Counted from the first letter of the stretch, positions 30,070-40,420 are shown. The stretch: 64,000 nucleotides of DNA from Desulfobacterales bacterium (GCA_963674755.2 CAXXVS010000002.1:128001-192000); one strand, 5' to 3'. Numbers and translations are program-made. The notes: a model not told the origin generated them from the sequence alone.

Positions 30070-30768
30070 ATGACCGGTATGGCATTGCGAAACGATCGAA
30101 TTCTGGAATTGAAACCAGTGGGGTTGGCCTATCAGGTGGCCGCCGTCCTCTCCGATGCCATTCTGGAAGGTGATTTTAAAGGTGGCGACCAATTGGTCGA
30201 AATGGACCTCCAATCATGTTTCGGCATAAGCCGTTCACCCCTGCGCGAGGCTTTCCGGGAACTGGAAAAACAGGGGCTGGTTGTCATCGTTCCCCGCAAA
30301 GGAACCTATGTCAAGCGAATCACGCGCAAAGATATAGAAGACTATTTCCCGGTTCGTGCGGAACTCGAGGGGCTAGCCGCACGAATGGCAGCCGGGCGCA
30401 TGACCGCTGCCGTTCTGAATGAGATGGAAGAACTGCTCGGCATGATGCAGGTGGCGGTTAGAGAGGGCGACACAAAAGCCTACTACTCGCACCACCTCGG
30501 ATTCCATGAGGCGTTTCTTGAACTGGCCGGCAATGAACTGCTTTTGGGTCTGTTGAAAAATCTCCGGACTCAGAACATGTGGCATCGCTTTTCCTACCAG
30601 TATTACCAGGAAGATCTGGGAAAATCGTTCACGCCGCATCGTCGGGTTCTGGATTTGTTCAAGGCTTCGCCACCGCAGCCGGAAGCTGTAGGAAAAGAGG
30701 TGACCGCGCACATCAACGTGGCGCTGAACCGGTTTCTTGCATATCTCGACGATTTTGAACAGGGATAG
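30070..30768 (+). CDS. GntR/FCD regulator, paralog of 24774..25463
   Basis: Identical HTH segment FGISRSPLREAFRELEK. Confidence 0.93.
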   Translation: MTGMALRNDRILELKPVGLAYQVAAVLSDAILEGDFKGGDQLVEMDLQSCFGISRSPLREAFRELEKQGLVVIVPRKGTYVKRITRKDIEDYFPVRAELEGLAARMAAGRMTAAVLNEMEELLGMMQVAVREGDTKAYYSHHLGFHEAFLELAGNELLLGLLKNLRTQNMWHRFSYQYYQEDLGKSFTPHRRVLDLFKASPPQPEAVGKEVTAHINVALNRFLAYLDDFEQG

Positions 30769-30839
30769 CGTTGCTTTCGGACGACCGGTGCCCTGAAACG
30801 ATCAACGTTCATTTTTTGCAACCAAGCAGGAGGAAATCC

Positions 30840-31661
30840 ATGACAACATCAGTTCCCGCCGCAAAAGGGGCGGGCGGCCGGATTCAACCGATAATTGCAT
30901 TTTTCCAGACCCAGTCGCAGATCCGGGGATGGCCGTTTCTGGCGGCCTGGGCGCACCGGATCAGCGGGGTACTTCTGGTTTTGTATGTCTGGTTTCACAT
31001 CGCTACCCTGTCGGCCCTGAGCGATCCGGCGCGTTTCGATGCCAAGATGAACGTCTTTGGGTTTGTACTGTTCGTTTTCCTTGAATGGCTTCTGGCCCTG
31101 CCCGTGGTCTACCATACTTTGAATGGCGGGCGTTTGATCCTCTATGAGATCTTCGGAAACCGGCGGGACGAAATCATGCTCCGATGGGTGATTGCCCTGG
31201 GCGTCCTTTATACGCTGTTGTTGGCCCTTTTCATGGTGATCGGTAACCAGGCCATCTCGGCTCCCTTCTTCTGGGTTTACACGGCGGCCGCATCCGGGTG
31301 TGTTGCATACATCGCCATCGCCAAGCTGCGTTTCTCCGGCGCCTCGTTGTTTTGGAAACTTCAGCGCATTTCCGGCGCCTTTCTTCTCCTGATGGTACCG
31401 GCCCACATGCTCTTCATGCATCTCAATCCGGCTGTGGGTCACGAAGCCCAGATCATTATCGCACGGATGGGCAATCTCTTCATCAAGCTGGTGGACGTGG
31501 CCCTGGTGATCGGCGTGCTTTACCACGGGGCTTACGGCCTTTACGCCATCGGTCAGGATTATCTCGCGTCGTCGAAAGCCAGGACCGGCCTGGTGGTGCT
31601 TTTGGGTAGCGTGACACTGGTATTCGCCTGGATAGGCCTGAAGCTGATTGTGTTGATCTAA
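30840..31661 (+). CDS. Sdh/Frd cytochrome b membrane anchor (fused C+D)
   Basis: HRISG and QRISG repeats, several TM His; SD AGGAGG. Confidence 0.82.
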   Translation: MTTSVPAAKGAGGRIQPIIAFFQTQSQIRGWPFLAAWAHRISGVLLVLYVWFHIATLSALSDPARFDAKMNVFGFVLFVFLEWLLALPVVYHTLNGGRLILYEIFGNRRDEIMLRWVIALGVLYTLLLALFMVIGNQAISAPFFWVYTAAASGCVAYIAIAKLRFSGASLFWKLQRISGAFLLLMVPAHMLFMHLNPAVGHEAQIIIARMGNLFIKLVDVALVIGVLYHGAYGLYAIGQDYLASSKARTGLVVLLGSVTLVFAWIGLKLIVLI

Positions 31662-31673
31662 GAAGGAGCGGCC

Positions 31674-33470
31674 ATGGAAACAAATCTAAAAACCGTTGCG
31701 ACCATCAACTGCGATGCGCTGATCATCGGTGCCGGCGGTGCCGGGATGCGATGCGCCGCGGAGATTCTGGAGCAGAAGCCGGGAGCCCGGGTGATCGCTC
31801 TGACCAAGGTGTCTCATCCGCAGAAATCTCATACGTCTACGGCCCAGGGCGGTCTGGCGGCTGTGGATCCCCGCGATCCCAACGATGCCACCATATTTCA
31901 TATGTTCGATACCTGGAAAGGGTCGGACTGCACTGCCGATCAGAATGTGGTCAAACAAATCTGTGAGTCTGCCTGGGAACAGATTATGTGGCTCGAAAAT
32001 CGCGGGATGCATTTTTCCCGGGGCCCCCAGGGGCGTCTGAGCAAACGTACTTTTGGCGGCCATACACGCAATTTCGGGGAGGCATCCGCTTTTCGGGCCG
32101 TGTTCGAAGCGGACCGCACGGGCAAAGGCATCATGGATACCGCCTGGGGCGAGTCGCTGAAGAGAAACATCAACTTCATTCACCAATGTGTGGCCGTGGA
32201 ACTGTTGATCAAGGACCGGCAGTGCGCCGGCTGTATCGTGTTCCAGCAGAAACCGGGCACCTTTGTGCGCATTCTGGCCAAGGCCACCGTGTTCGCCTCC
32301 GGCGGCAGCGGCCAGGTGTTTAAGGTGACCACCAACTGCCGGCAGAATACCGGCGACGGGTTGGCGTTGGTGATGGAGGCCGGGCTCCCGGTGATGGACC
32401 CCGAAGCGGTTCAATTTCATCCTACGGGCATCGTGGGACCGGGCATCCTGGCCAGCGAGACCCTGCGTTCGGTGGGCGGCATCCTGCGCAACAAAGATCT
32501 GGAACCGTTCATGGTCAAGTACGCCCCCAAGATGAAAGAGCTGGCGCCGCGGGACATGGTGGCCCGGGCCATCGAGTCGGAAATCCGTGAAGGCCGGGGG
32601 ATTTTAAACCCGGATCACAACATTCCCCATGTCTGGATCGATCTGCGCCACCTGCCCGCCGAGGTGCATGAACAGCAGATTCCGGAAGTGAACAGCTTTT
32701 TCAAACGCTACGTCAACCTGGATCCGCGCACAGAGCTGTGTCCGGTCAGACCGAGCAACCACTACCACATGGGCGGCATTCCCACCAACGCCTTCGGAGA
32801 GGTTCAGGACGCCGAACAGGAGATCATCGCAGGCCTCTACGCAGTGGGGGAGTGCGCCGCTGCCAGCTTCCATGGATTCAACCGCCTGGGCACCAATTCG
32901 ATCCTGGAACTGATCACCATGGGCAAGCTCGTGGCCGATCGGGTGGTGGAGCGCTTGGAGACGATATCTGCGCCTCAGCCTGAAATCAAGGCCGGGCGGT
33001 ACCGTCGAAAATTCGAAGGCTATTTTTCAGCCAAAGGGAAAGACAACATCGGCCAGATTCGGAACACCCTGCGGACCGTGATGACCGACAAGGTCAGCGT
33101 TTTTCGCACGGAAGATGGCATCCGTGAGGCCATCGAGACGCTTCGGGAACTCAAAACACGGGCCGAGCAAACCGCGATAATCGGCCGCAATATGGCCATG
33201 AACCAGGAGCTTGTTCAGCGCTGGGAGATCGATAACCTGCTGGCCGTGTCGATGGCGATTTGCGAAGCCGCCCTGCACCGCAAGGAATCGCGCGGGGCCC
33301 ATTTCCGGGACGATTTCCCCGACCGCCGGGACGAATTCAACTACCATACTCTGGTGAGCATGCCGGCGTTCGGAGAGATCAAGCTAGGCCAGCGGAAGGT
33401 GGATATGAGCATCTTCAAAGGCGGGGGCGAGAATTACGAAAAATTCGGCATCATCGAACGTAAATATTAG
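31674..33470 (+). CDS. Succinate dehydrogenase/fumarate reductase-like flavoprotein
   Basis: GAGGAG, SHTSTAQGG, QFHPT, LAPRD, HYHMGG, NRLG.NS and ESRGAH motifs. Confidence 0.92.
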   Translation: METNLKTVATINCDALIIGAGGAGMRCAAEILEQKPGARVIALTKVSHPQKSHTSTAQGGLAAVDPRDPNDATIFHMFDTWKGSDCTADQNVVKQICESAWEQIMWLENRGMHFSRGPQGRLSKRTFGGHTRNFGEASAFRAVFEADRTGKGIMDTAWGESLKRNINFIHQCVAVELLIKDRQCAGCIVFQQKPGTFVRILAKATVFASGGSGQVFKVTTNCRQNTGDGLALVMEAGLPVMDPEAVQFHPTGIVGPGILASETLRSVGGILRNKDLEPFMVKYAPKMKELAPRDMVARAIESEIREGRGILNPDHNIPHVWIDLRHLPAEVHEQQIPEVNSFFKRYVNLDPRTELCPVRPSNHYHMGGIPTNAFGEVQDAEQEIIAGLYAVGECAAASFHGFNRLGTNSILELITMGKLVADRVVERLETISAPQPEIKAGRYRRKFEGYFSAKGKDNIGQIRNTLRTVMTDKVSVFRTEDGIREAIETLRELKTRAEQTAIIGRNMAMNQELVQRWEIDNLLAVSMAICEAALHRKESRGAHFRDDFPDRRDEFNYHTLVSMPAFGEIKLGQRKVDMSIFKGGGENYEKFGIIERKY

Positions 33471-33515
33471 ATTCGTCCGCTGTGTGAGGACCACAGAATA
33501 GCGCAGGTGAGAGAT

Positions 33516-34232
33516 ATGACGACATATGACATTACATTGAAAATTCACCGATACGATCCTGAAAAAGAGAAATCCTGGGTGCAGTCTTATCAACTCAAAG
33601 CCGGACGGATTATGCGGTTTGTCGATTTGTTCCGCAAAATCAACGACGAGCAGGACCCGACCCTGGCCTGGGGTTCCTCCTGCGAGCACGGACAGTGCGG
33701 GACCTGTTCCATGAAAATTAACGGGAAACCTCTCTTGGCATGTGAGCTTCTCGTTGAAAATGCGGTCGCTCAATTCGGCACCACGACTTTCAGGGTGGAG
33801 CCGCTGGATGTGGCGCCGGTTGTTCGGGACCTGGTGGTGGATACGGAGAAGGCTTACGAACGGCTCGATCGCATCAAACCTTACATTATCAATCCCAAAC
33901 CGCCCTCCGGTGATGGCAAGGAACACGCTATCGATCCAAGAGAGTTGGAGCGGTACGTGTCGGCAACCCGGTGCATCAATTGCTTCTGTTGCACGTCAGC
34001 CTGCATGACCAGCAACAGCAATTTTCTGGGGCCCAATGCCATGCTGGCCACCATTGTACGGGTGATGGACCCACGCGAGCAGGAAAAAGAAGAACGACGG
34101 CGGTGCCTTTACAGTGAAGAAGGCGTTTACCGTTGTCATTCCTCCCAGGCCTGCTCGTTCGTTTGTCCCAAAGAGATCGATGTGGCCCACTTTATCGCGC
34201 TCGCCAAAGCCGGTACGTTGCAAACGGAATAA
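33516..34232 (+). CDS. Sdh/Frd iron-sulfur subunit
   Basis: SCEHGQCGTC, CINCFCCTSAC and CHSSQACSFVCP. Confidence 0.92.
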   Translation: MTTYDITLKIHRYDPEKEKSWVQSYQLKAGRIMRFVDLFRKINDEQDPTLAWGSSCEHGQCGTCSMKINGKPLLACELLVENAVAQFGTTTFRVEPLDVAPVVRDLVVDTEKAYERLDRIKPYIINPKPPSGDGKEHAIDPRELERYVSATRCINCFCCTSACMTSNSNFLGPNAMLATIVRVMDPREQEKEERRRCLYSEEGVYRCHSSQACSFVCPKEIDVAHFIALAKAGTLQTE

Positions 34233-34422
34233 AAGACGCCACGCGGAATGATTCTACCGGAAACGCTCAGGTCGATCGTAGCACCGCGCGGCGAATGACC
34301 CTAATGGCTGTATAGTGGCGCACGGCCTCTGTTTTGCTGAATGAAATTCGTAAATTACGAGCATGATAATCTTGGGAATGGTTAAAGGGGAGTTTTTCAT
34401 CAACGCGAACAGGGAGGGAATT

Positions 34423-35430
34423 ATGAAGCGCTATCTGATGGCAGGCTTGGTGTTTTGTCTTTGCGGTCTAATAATGATCACGCCGGCGGTGGCCAAGAAG
34501 AAACCGATTAAGATCCGTTTTTCGCACGTGGTAGCGGACAATACCCCCAAGGGCTGGGCTGCCAAGGAGTTCGCACGGCGGGTGAACGAGGAGCTTGCGG
34601 GTCAAGTCGAAGTCCAGGTTTTTCCCAATGCCCAGCTCTACGGCGATAATCAGGCGATTGAGGCGCTCTCGGCAGGATTTATCGAAATGGCCGCGCCGGC
34701 CACAGCGAAATATGTCGGGTCGATTCCCCAGCTTCAGCTTTTCGATATGCCGTTTTTATTCCCGAGCATCAATGCCACCTACAAGGTTATCGACGGTGCC
34801 ATCGGTCAGGAGATCAGCGATCTTTTCACTAAACGCGGCCTGAAGCAGCTTGCCTATTGGGACAATGGGTTCAAGCACTTCTCCAGCAGCAAGTGTCCAT
34901 TGCTTGCACCGGCCGATTTTAAAGGTCAGAAATTCAGAATCCAAAGCTCAGATATCCTTGAGGCGCAGATGAAACAGCTTGGCGCTACCGGGCTTAAACT
35001 ACCGTTTGCAGAAGTCTACAATGCCTTGGAGCAAGGCGTCGTGGACGGACAGGAAAATACGGCCTCGAATATTTACTCCAAAAAATTCCATGAAGTGCAG
35101 AAACATTTGACCGTTTCCAACCACGGCTACATAGGGTACGTGGTGGTGACAACGGAGCGCTTCTGGAACAGTCTCCCACAGGATATCCAGACTCGCCTGG
35201 AACGCATCATGAAGGAGGTCACCCTGGCTGAACGCAAGATGGCGATGGAGATGAATATGGGAGATCTCGCCAGGATCAGGGAGTATGCGGAGAAGTCGAA
35301 ACGTTTGCAGATATATGAATTAGAGGATCAACAGAAGGCAAAAATGAAACAGGCCCTTGAGCCGGTTCACAAGATGATGCCTGAAGTCGTACCGGTACGC
35401 TGGGTAGATGAGATTTACCAGATGAAGTAA
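34423..35430 (+). CDS. C4-dicarboxylate-type TRAP DctP
   Basis: FSHVVA..TPKG, WDNGFK, FRIQSS and VDGQEN motifs. Confidence 0.93.
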   Translation: MKRYLMAGLVFCLCGLIMITPAVAKKKPIKIRFSHVVADNTPKGWAAKEFARRVNEELAGQVEVQVFPNAQLYGDNQAIEALSAGFIEMAAPATAKYVGSIPQLQLFDMPFLFPSINATYKVIDGAIGQEISDLFTKRGLKQLAYWDNGFKHFSSSKCPLLAPADFKGQKFRIQSSDILEAQMKQLGATGLKLPFAEVYNALEQGVVDGQENTASNIYSKKFHEVQKHLTVSNHGYIGYVVVTTERFWNSLPQDIQTRLERIMKEVTLAERKMAMEMNMGDLARIREYAEKSKRLQIYELEDQQKAKMKQALEPVHKMMPEVVPVRWVDEIYQMK

Positions 35431-35491
35431 ACCCGCAACGAAATCTTCCGGGGAGCGAACGCTTCTCCTCGGGCGATCAAGGGAAGGGTGT

Positions 35492-36031
35492 ATGCTGATC
35501 AAAATTATCCAAATTTGGGGACGAACAGAGGAATTTCTGGTGGTGCTTCTTTTGGGGCTTGCATCTTACCTGACCTTTCAGGAGGTCATTCTGCGCTATG
35601 TTTTTAATACTGGATGGGGGGGATCTTACGAAATTTCGGTAATGGCTTTGATTTACTGTACCTTTATCGGGGCAAGTCTGGGGGTGAAAGAGAATATTCA
35701 CATCGGCGTCGACTTGCTGGTGAAAAAATTTCCACCTCATCTCCAAAGAAAACTGGTTTTGGTTTCAATCGGACTTTGCATTCTGTTTGGCGCTATCGTC
35801 GCGGTTACAGGATATCAGTTCTCCCTTTTTATCCATAAAAGCCATTTGCTGTCCCGCGATCTGCGAATACCCATGGAAATCGGATATGCGGCCATTCCAT
35901 TGGGGGGCACGCTGTTTTGTCTGCGGTTTATCGAACGGCTGGTTTACGTGCTTAAAGGTGGAACGTTCGAGGCCGATCGAATGCATGAGCTGTCTGAAGC
36001 GGATAAGCAAAAACTGATTCACTCCAAATAG
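35492..36031 (+). CDS. TRAP DctQ
   Basis: TM segments, HIGVD motif. Confidence 0.9.
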   Translation: MLIKIIQIWGRTEEFLVVLLLGLASYLTFQEVILRYVFNTGWGGSYEISVMALIYCTFIGASLGVKENIHIGVDLLVKKFPPHLQRKLVLVSIGLCILFGAIVAVTGYQFSLFIHKSHLLSRDLRIPMEIGYAAIPLGGTLFCLRFIERLVYVLKGGTFEADRMHELSEADKQKLIHSK

Positions 36032-36085
36032 CTGCGGCGGTGTTCACCTTTTTCGGCAGCCGCCGTATTCCCCAAGGAGCACCCC

Positions 36086-37381
36086 ATGGAGAGCGTAGGC
36101 TTAACCCTGTTTCTAATGTTCTTTGTTTTTCTTTTGCTTGGCATGCCATTGGCCGTTTGTTTAGGGCTCTCGGTGATTGCCACGTTTTGGTGGCACGAGT
36201 CTCTGCCGCTCATGGCGGTCGCGCAAAAATTATACAACGGGATCGATCACTTCCCCCTAATGGCGATACCTTTTTTTGTTTTAGCCAGCAACATCATGTC
36301 CACGGGCGGTGTTTCCAGGCGTTTGATCGATGTCTGCAATGCCTTTGTTGGTCATTACAAGGGCGGGCTGGCCGTGGCATCCATTATTTCCTGCATGTTT
36401 TTCGCGGCGATTTCAGGATCGAGTCCGTCAACAGTGGTGGCCATCGGATCAATCATGATTCCGGCCATGATGTTATCCGGCTACGGCCCGCGTTATAGCG
36501 TAGGCCTTTTGGGCTCGGCAGGTTCGCTGGGGATTCTGATCCCACCGAGCATTCCCATGATCGTTTACGGCGTGGCCACCGAACAGTCGGTGGGGAAGCT
36601 TTTCATGGCTGGCGTTGGACCAGGGATTTTCCTGGGCGGGGTTTTTATCGTCACGGCCGTGATTGTCGCCAAGGTTAAAAACTTCGAAGGAACCGATGTG
36701 GTCCCTTGGAGAGAACGGTTGACCTTACTACGGCAGGCGATGCCAGGGCTAATGATGCCGATCATCGTCCTTGGGGGCATCTACGGCGGAATTTTCACGC
36801 CCACCGAAGCTGCCGCTGTTGCCGTAGCGTATTCCTTGTTTGTGGGCCTATTCATATACAGGGACTTGCGGTTTCGCGATTTGCCCAAGGTGTTTATCCG
36901 CTCGGCAGTGGTTATGGCCATGCTGCTCTTCATCATCACCAACGCCATGCTCTTTGCGTTTATTCTGACGACGGAAGGCATTCCTGTGGCCATCGCTGAT
37001 TTTATCGTTTGCCATGCTGTAACGCCATGGGTGTTTCTTTTGTTTGTCAACGTTCTTTTATACTTCGTGGGTGATTTCATGGAGCCGAGCGCGGCCATCT
37101 TGATTCTGGCCCCGCTTTTTCTTCCGATTGTGGAGGAGTTGGGGATCAATCCCATCCATTTCGGTATAATTATGACGGTGAACATGGAGATCGGGATGAT
37201 TACGCCCCCGGTGGGCCTAAATCTTTTTGTCGCCAGCGGGATTTCGGGATTATCGCTCTGGGACGTTTTCAAAGGCGCCGCTCCCTTTATGGTCATTATG
37301 TTAATCGGTCTGCTGATCATCACTTACGTTCCGGTCATTTCGCTTTGGGTTCCCAAACTGCTCTATGGCGCCCTTTTCTAA
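36086..37381 (+). CDS. TRAP DctM
   Basis: AISGSS, LIPPSI and MITPPVGLNL motifs. Confidence 0.95.
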   Translation: MESVGLTLFLMFFVFLLLGMPLAVCLGLSVIATFWWHESLPLMAVAQKLYNGIDHFPLMAIPFFVLASNIMSTGGVSRRLIDVCNAFVGHYKGGLAVASIISCMFFAAISGSSPSTVVAIGSIMIPAMMLSGYGPRYSVGLLGSAGSLGILIPPSIPMIVYGVATEQSVGKLFMAGVGPGIFLGGVFIVTAVIVAKVKNFEGTDVVPWRERLTLLRQAMPGLMMPIIVLGGIYGGIFTPTEAAAVAVAYSLFVGLFIYRDLRFRDLPKVFIRSAVVMAMLLFIITNAMLFAFILTTEGIPVAIADFIVCHAVTPWVFLLFVNVLLYFVGDFMEPSAAILILAPLFLPIVEELGINPIHFGIIMTVNMEIGMITPPVGLNLFVASGISGLSLWDVFKGAAPFMVIMLIGLLIITYVPVISLWVPKLLYGALF

Positions 37382-37431
37382 CGACGGTGAAAGGATCGAA
37401 GTGACATGACATGGATGAGGATTGAGAGGGG

Positions 37432-38274
37432 ATGATGCGGGAAATTCGCACTGAAGAAATAGTACCGGTTGTCCGCGAACTTGCCATGCGGGCCAACATG
37501 GAACTCGGACAGGATGTCCTAGATGCGTTGCACCGGGCGCGGACGGTAGAAGAATCGCCGATTGGGGTCGAGATATTGGAACGCTTGATTGAAAACGCGG
37601 ATATCGCCAAACGTGAAAAAATTCCTATGTGCCAGGATACCGGCGTGGCCGTGGTGTTTGTGGAATTAGGCCAGGAGGTGCATATCACGGGGGGCACTTT
37701 GACCGATGCCATCAACGAAGGGGTTCGGAAGGGATATGCCGACGGCTATCTGCGCCAAAGCGTTTGCGATCCCATCACCCGTGAGAACACCGGGGACAAT
37801 ACACCGGCGGTGATTCATCTGGAACTCGTGGAAGGGGATGGCTTCAAGATCACGCTTGCCTCAAAGGGTTTTGGATCGGAGAATATGAGCCGGGTTACCA
37901 TGCTGCCGCCATCCGCCGGCATCAACGGGGCCAGGGATGTTGTCGTGCAGCGGGTGGCGGAGGCCGGTCCCAACCCGTGCCCCCCCACAATTGTCGGCGT
38001 AGGCATTGGAGGAACGTTGGAGAAAGCAGCCATGCTAGCCAAAAAGGCTTTGTTGAGGCCCCTGGGGTCGCCCAATCCTGATCCGGCACTCGACGGGCTG
38101 GAGGCTGACTGGCTGAAACGCATCAATTGCCTGGGCATCGGCCCCCAGGGGTTAGGTGGACGCGTGACCTCCCTGGCTGTTCACATCAATACCGCGCCGA
38201 CGCATATTGCCAGCATTCCGGTAGCCGTCAATATCCAGTGCCATGCTTCCCGACATAAAACAGCAGAATTCTGA
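37432..38274 (+). CDS. Class I fumarate hydratase/tartrate dehydratase alpha subunit
   Basis: PMCQDTG, KGFGSEN, NPCPP and IQCHA motifs. Confidence 0.93.
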   Translation: MMREIRTEEIVPVVRELAMRANMELGQDVLDALHRARTVEESPIGVEILERLIENADIAKREKIPMCQDTGVAVVFVELGQEVHITGGTLTDAINEGVRKGYADGYLRQSVCDPITRENTGDNTPAVIHLELVEGDGFKITLASKGFGSENMSRVTMLPPSAGINGARDVVVQRVAEAGPNPCPPTIVGVGIGGTLEKAAMLAKKALLRPLGSPNPDPALDGLEADWLKRINCLGIGPQGLGGRVTSLAVHINTAPTHIASIPVAVNIQCHASRHKTAEF

Positions 38275-38335
38275 GACGGCAGGTCTATCCCGTGGTCCGA
38301 TGCAAAGCGTCAGGTCTCATGGAGAGGAAAGCAGA

Positions 38336-38902
38336 ATGAATTCACCAATTCACCTTAAGGTCCCCTTGGATGCAGAGCGGATTATGAACCTGCGGGCGGG
38401 CGACCGGGTGTTGCTGAACGGGACTATTTACACGGCGCGGGATGCCGCTCATAAGCGCCTGGTGGCAATTCTTGAACAGGGGGAAGCCTTGCCGTTTAAT
38501 CTGGATGGGCAAGTGATTTACTACGTCGGCCCCACCCCACCCAAACCGGGAATGCCGATTGGCGCGGCCGGGCCCACTACGAGTTACCGAATGGATCCTT
38601 ATGCCCCCACGCTGATTGCGCATGGCTTGAGGGGTATGATCGGAAAAGGCGCACGGGGAGCACTGGTGAAGACGGCCATGCAGCGGCACAAGGCGGTCTA
38701 TATGGCGGCGATCGGGGGGGCAGGCGCGCTTATGGCCCAAGCGGTGCGTTCGGCTGAGGTGGTGGCCTATCCTGAGCTGGGTGCCGAAGCAATTCGGCGG
38801 CTGGTGGTGGAAGGTTTGCCCCTTGTCGTGGTTAACGATGTCCACGGGGGAGACTTGTACGAAGACGGTGTGAAAACTTACAGGCGCCCCTTTGTTTCCT
38901 AG
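38336..38902 (+). CDS. Class I fumarate hydratase beta subunit
   Basis: YTARDAAH, GPTTSYRM and MIGKG motifs. Confidence 0.93.
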   Translation: MNSPIHLKVPLDAERIMNLRAGDRVLLNGTIYTARDAAHKRLVAILEQGEALPFNLDGQVIYYVGPTPPKPGMPIGAAGPTTSYRMDPYAPTLIAHGLRGMIGKGARGALVKTAMQRHKAVYMAAIGGAGALMAQAVRSAEVVAYPELGAEAIRRLVVEGLPLVVVNDVHGGDLYEDGVKTYRRPFVS

Positions 38903-38975
38903 TAAAACCAATTCATGGGATTTCCCCATTTAGCGATTAGGGAGCTTTTCAGGTCAAACGGCCTATCAAGTAATC

Positions 38976-40376
38976 ATGGAGAATGAGATGGAAATTACGT
39001 GCAATATTGCCCAGATGGCTACAGAACTCGACTATGCGGCTGTTGATGCGGCTACGCAGGATCGCGCTAAATACCTCCTGTTAGATTATTTGGGGGTGGC
39101 CATCCGCGGTTCTCAAACCGATTCTGCGCAGTTGGTTCAACGTTTTCTTGCCGCAACCCATACGACATCGCAGGGGGTGCCGGTCATCGGTACGCCGATG
39201 CGGGCGGAAGCCCCTTTCGCTGCATTGGCCAACGGGACCGCTTCCCATTCCTTGGAGCTGGATGACGTGATCAATGCCGCTTCGCTGCATCCGGCGGTTA
39301 CCGTCATGTCGGCCGCCCTTTCCGTCGGATGCCAGGTCGGCTGCTCGGGTCGTGAGCTATTGGAGGGCATCATCGCCGGATACGAGTTGACGGCTAAACT
39401 CGGCATTGCTTTGGATCCGGCCGCCCATTATGCCCGGGGCTTTCACCCGACCGGTACTTGCGGAACCCTCGGATCGGCCCTGGCGGCGGCCAAGATTATG
39501 AAGCTGGATGCCGAGGGCATCGCCCGGGCTCTTGGAATTGCAGGAAGCCAGGCGGCCGGTTCCATGGAGTTTTTGACGGATGGGTCCCTTACCAAACGCT
39601 TTCATGCGGGGTGGGCGGCGCACGCTGGGGTGATTGCCGCGCTGTTGGCACGAGAGGGTTTCACGGGGCCCACCAGCATTATCGAAGGGCGGCTGGGATT
39701 TTTGCACGCCTACTCTCCGGTGTCCGATTCTGAAAAAGTGCTCGCGGGATGGGGGGCGCCCTATGAAATTTTGAAAACGAGTATCAAACCGCACGCCTGC
39801 TGCCGCTACAAACAGGGCTCGATCGATTGCATTCTTGAAATCGTGCGAGCCAATGGACTGTCCGAAGACGATATCGAAAAAGTGATTGTGAGCATTCTCA
39901 AGGCGGGTTCCGCCATCGTTGCCGAACCCAGGGAGAGCAAACTGAATCCTCAGAGCATCGTCGATGCCCAGTTCAGCATGCCGTTCGGTGCGGCCGTGGC
40001 TATAATCTACGGTCAGGCATTTCTGGACCAGTACTGTATGGAGAATCTGGGCTCGGAACGGGTACGCAAACTGATGCAGCGCGTCGACTGCATTGAAAAT
40101 CCGGAAATCGAGAAGGACTTTCCTAACAAATGGCCGGCGGAAGTCGAAATCGCCACTCGCGACGGCCGTACGTTCCGGTTGGGGCTTCAGCATCCGAAGG
40201 GCGATCCTGAAAACCCGCTTTCCTGGGATGAAATTATAGCGAAATTCGACAGTTTGGCCCAATCCGTATTTACCGGAGAACAATGCCGTTCTATCGTCGC
40301 GCGTGTGCGTGCCATCGACGAAGAGACGGATATCAACCGTTTGATGAAAACCCTGACTGCTCCGGCAGCTAAGTAA
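38976..40376 (+). CDS. MmgE/PrpD family protein
   Basis: HSLELDD..HP, GFH.T, KPHACC, AQFS.PF and KGDPENP motifs. Confidence 0.92.
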   Translation: MENEMEITCNIAQMATELDYAAVDAATQDRAKYLLLDYLGVAIRGSQTDSAQLVQRFLAATHTTSQGVPVIGTPMRAEAPFAALANGTASHSLELDDVINAASLHPAVTVMSAALSVGCQVGCSGRELLEGIIAGYELTAKLGIALDPAAHYARGFHPTGTCGTLGSALAAAKIMKLDAEGIARALGIAGSQAAGSMEFLTDGSLTKRFHAGWAAHAGVIAALLAREGFTGPTSIIEGRLGFLHAYSPVSDSEKVLAGWGAPYEILKTSIKPHACCRYKQGSIDCILEIVRANGLSEDDIEKVIVSILKAGSAIVAEPRESKLNPQSIVDAQFSMPFGAAVAIIYGQAFLDQYCMENLGSERVRKLMQRVDCIENPEIEKDFPNKWPAEVEIATRDGRTFRLGLQHPKGDPENPLSWDEIIAKFDSLAQSVFTGEQCRSIVARVRAIDEETDINRLMKTLTAPAAK

Positions 40377-40420
40377 GGATGTCGGGCGTCTTCCTTATTT
40401 CAAGAGCTGAGAGGTCATCC

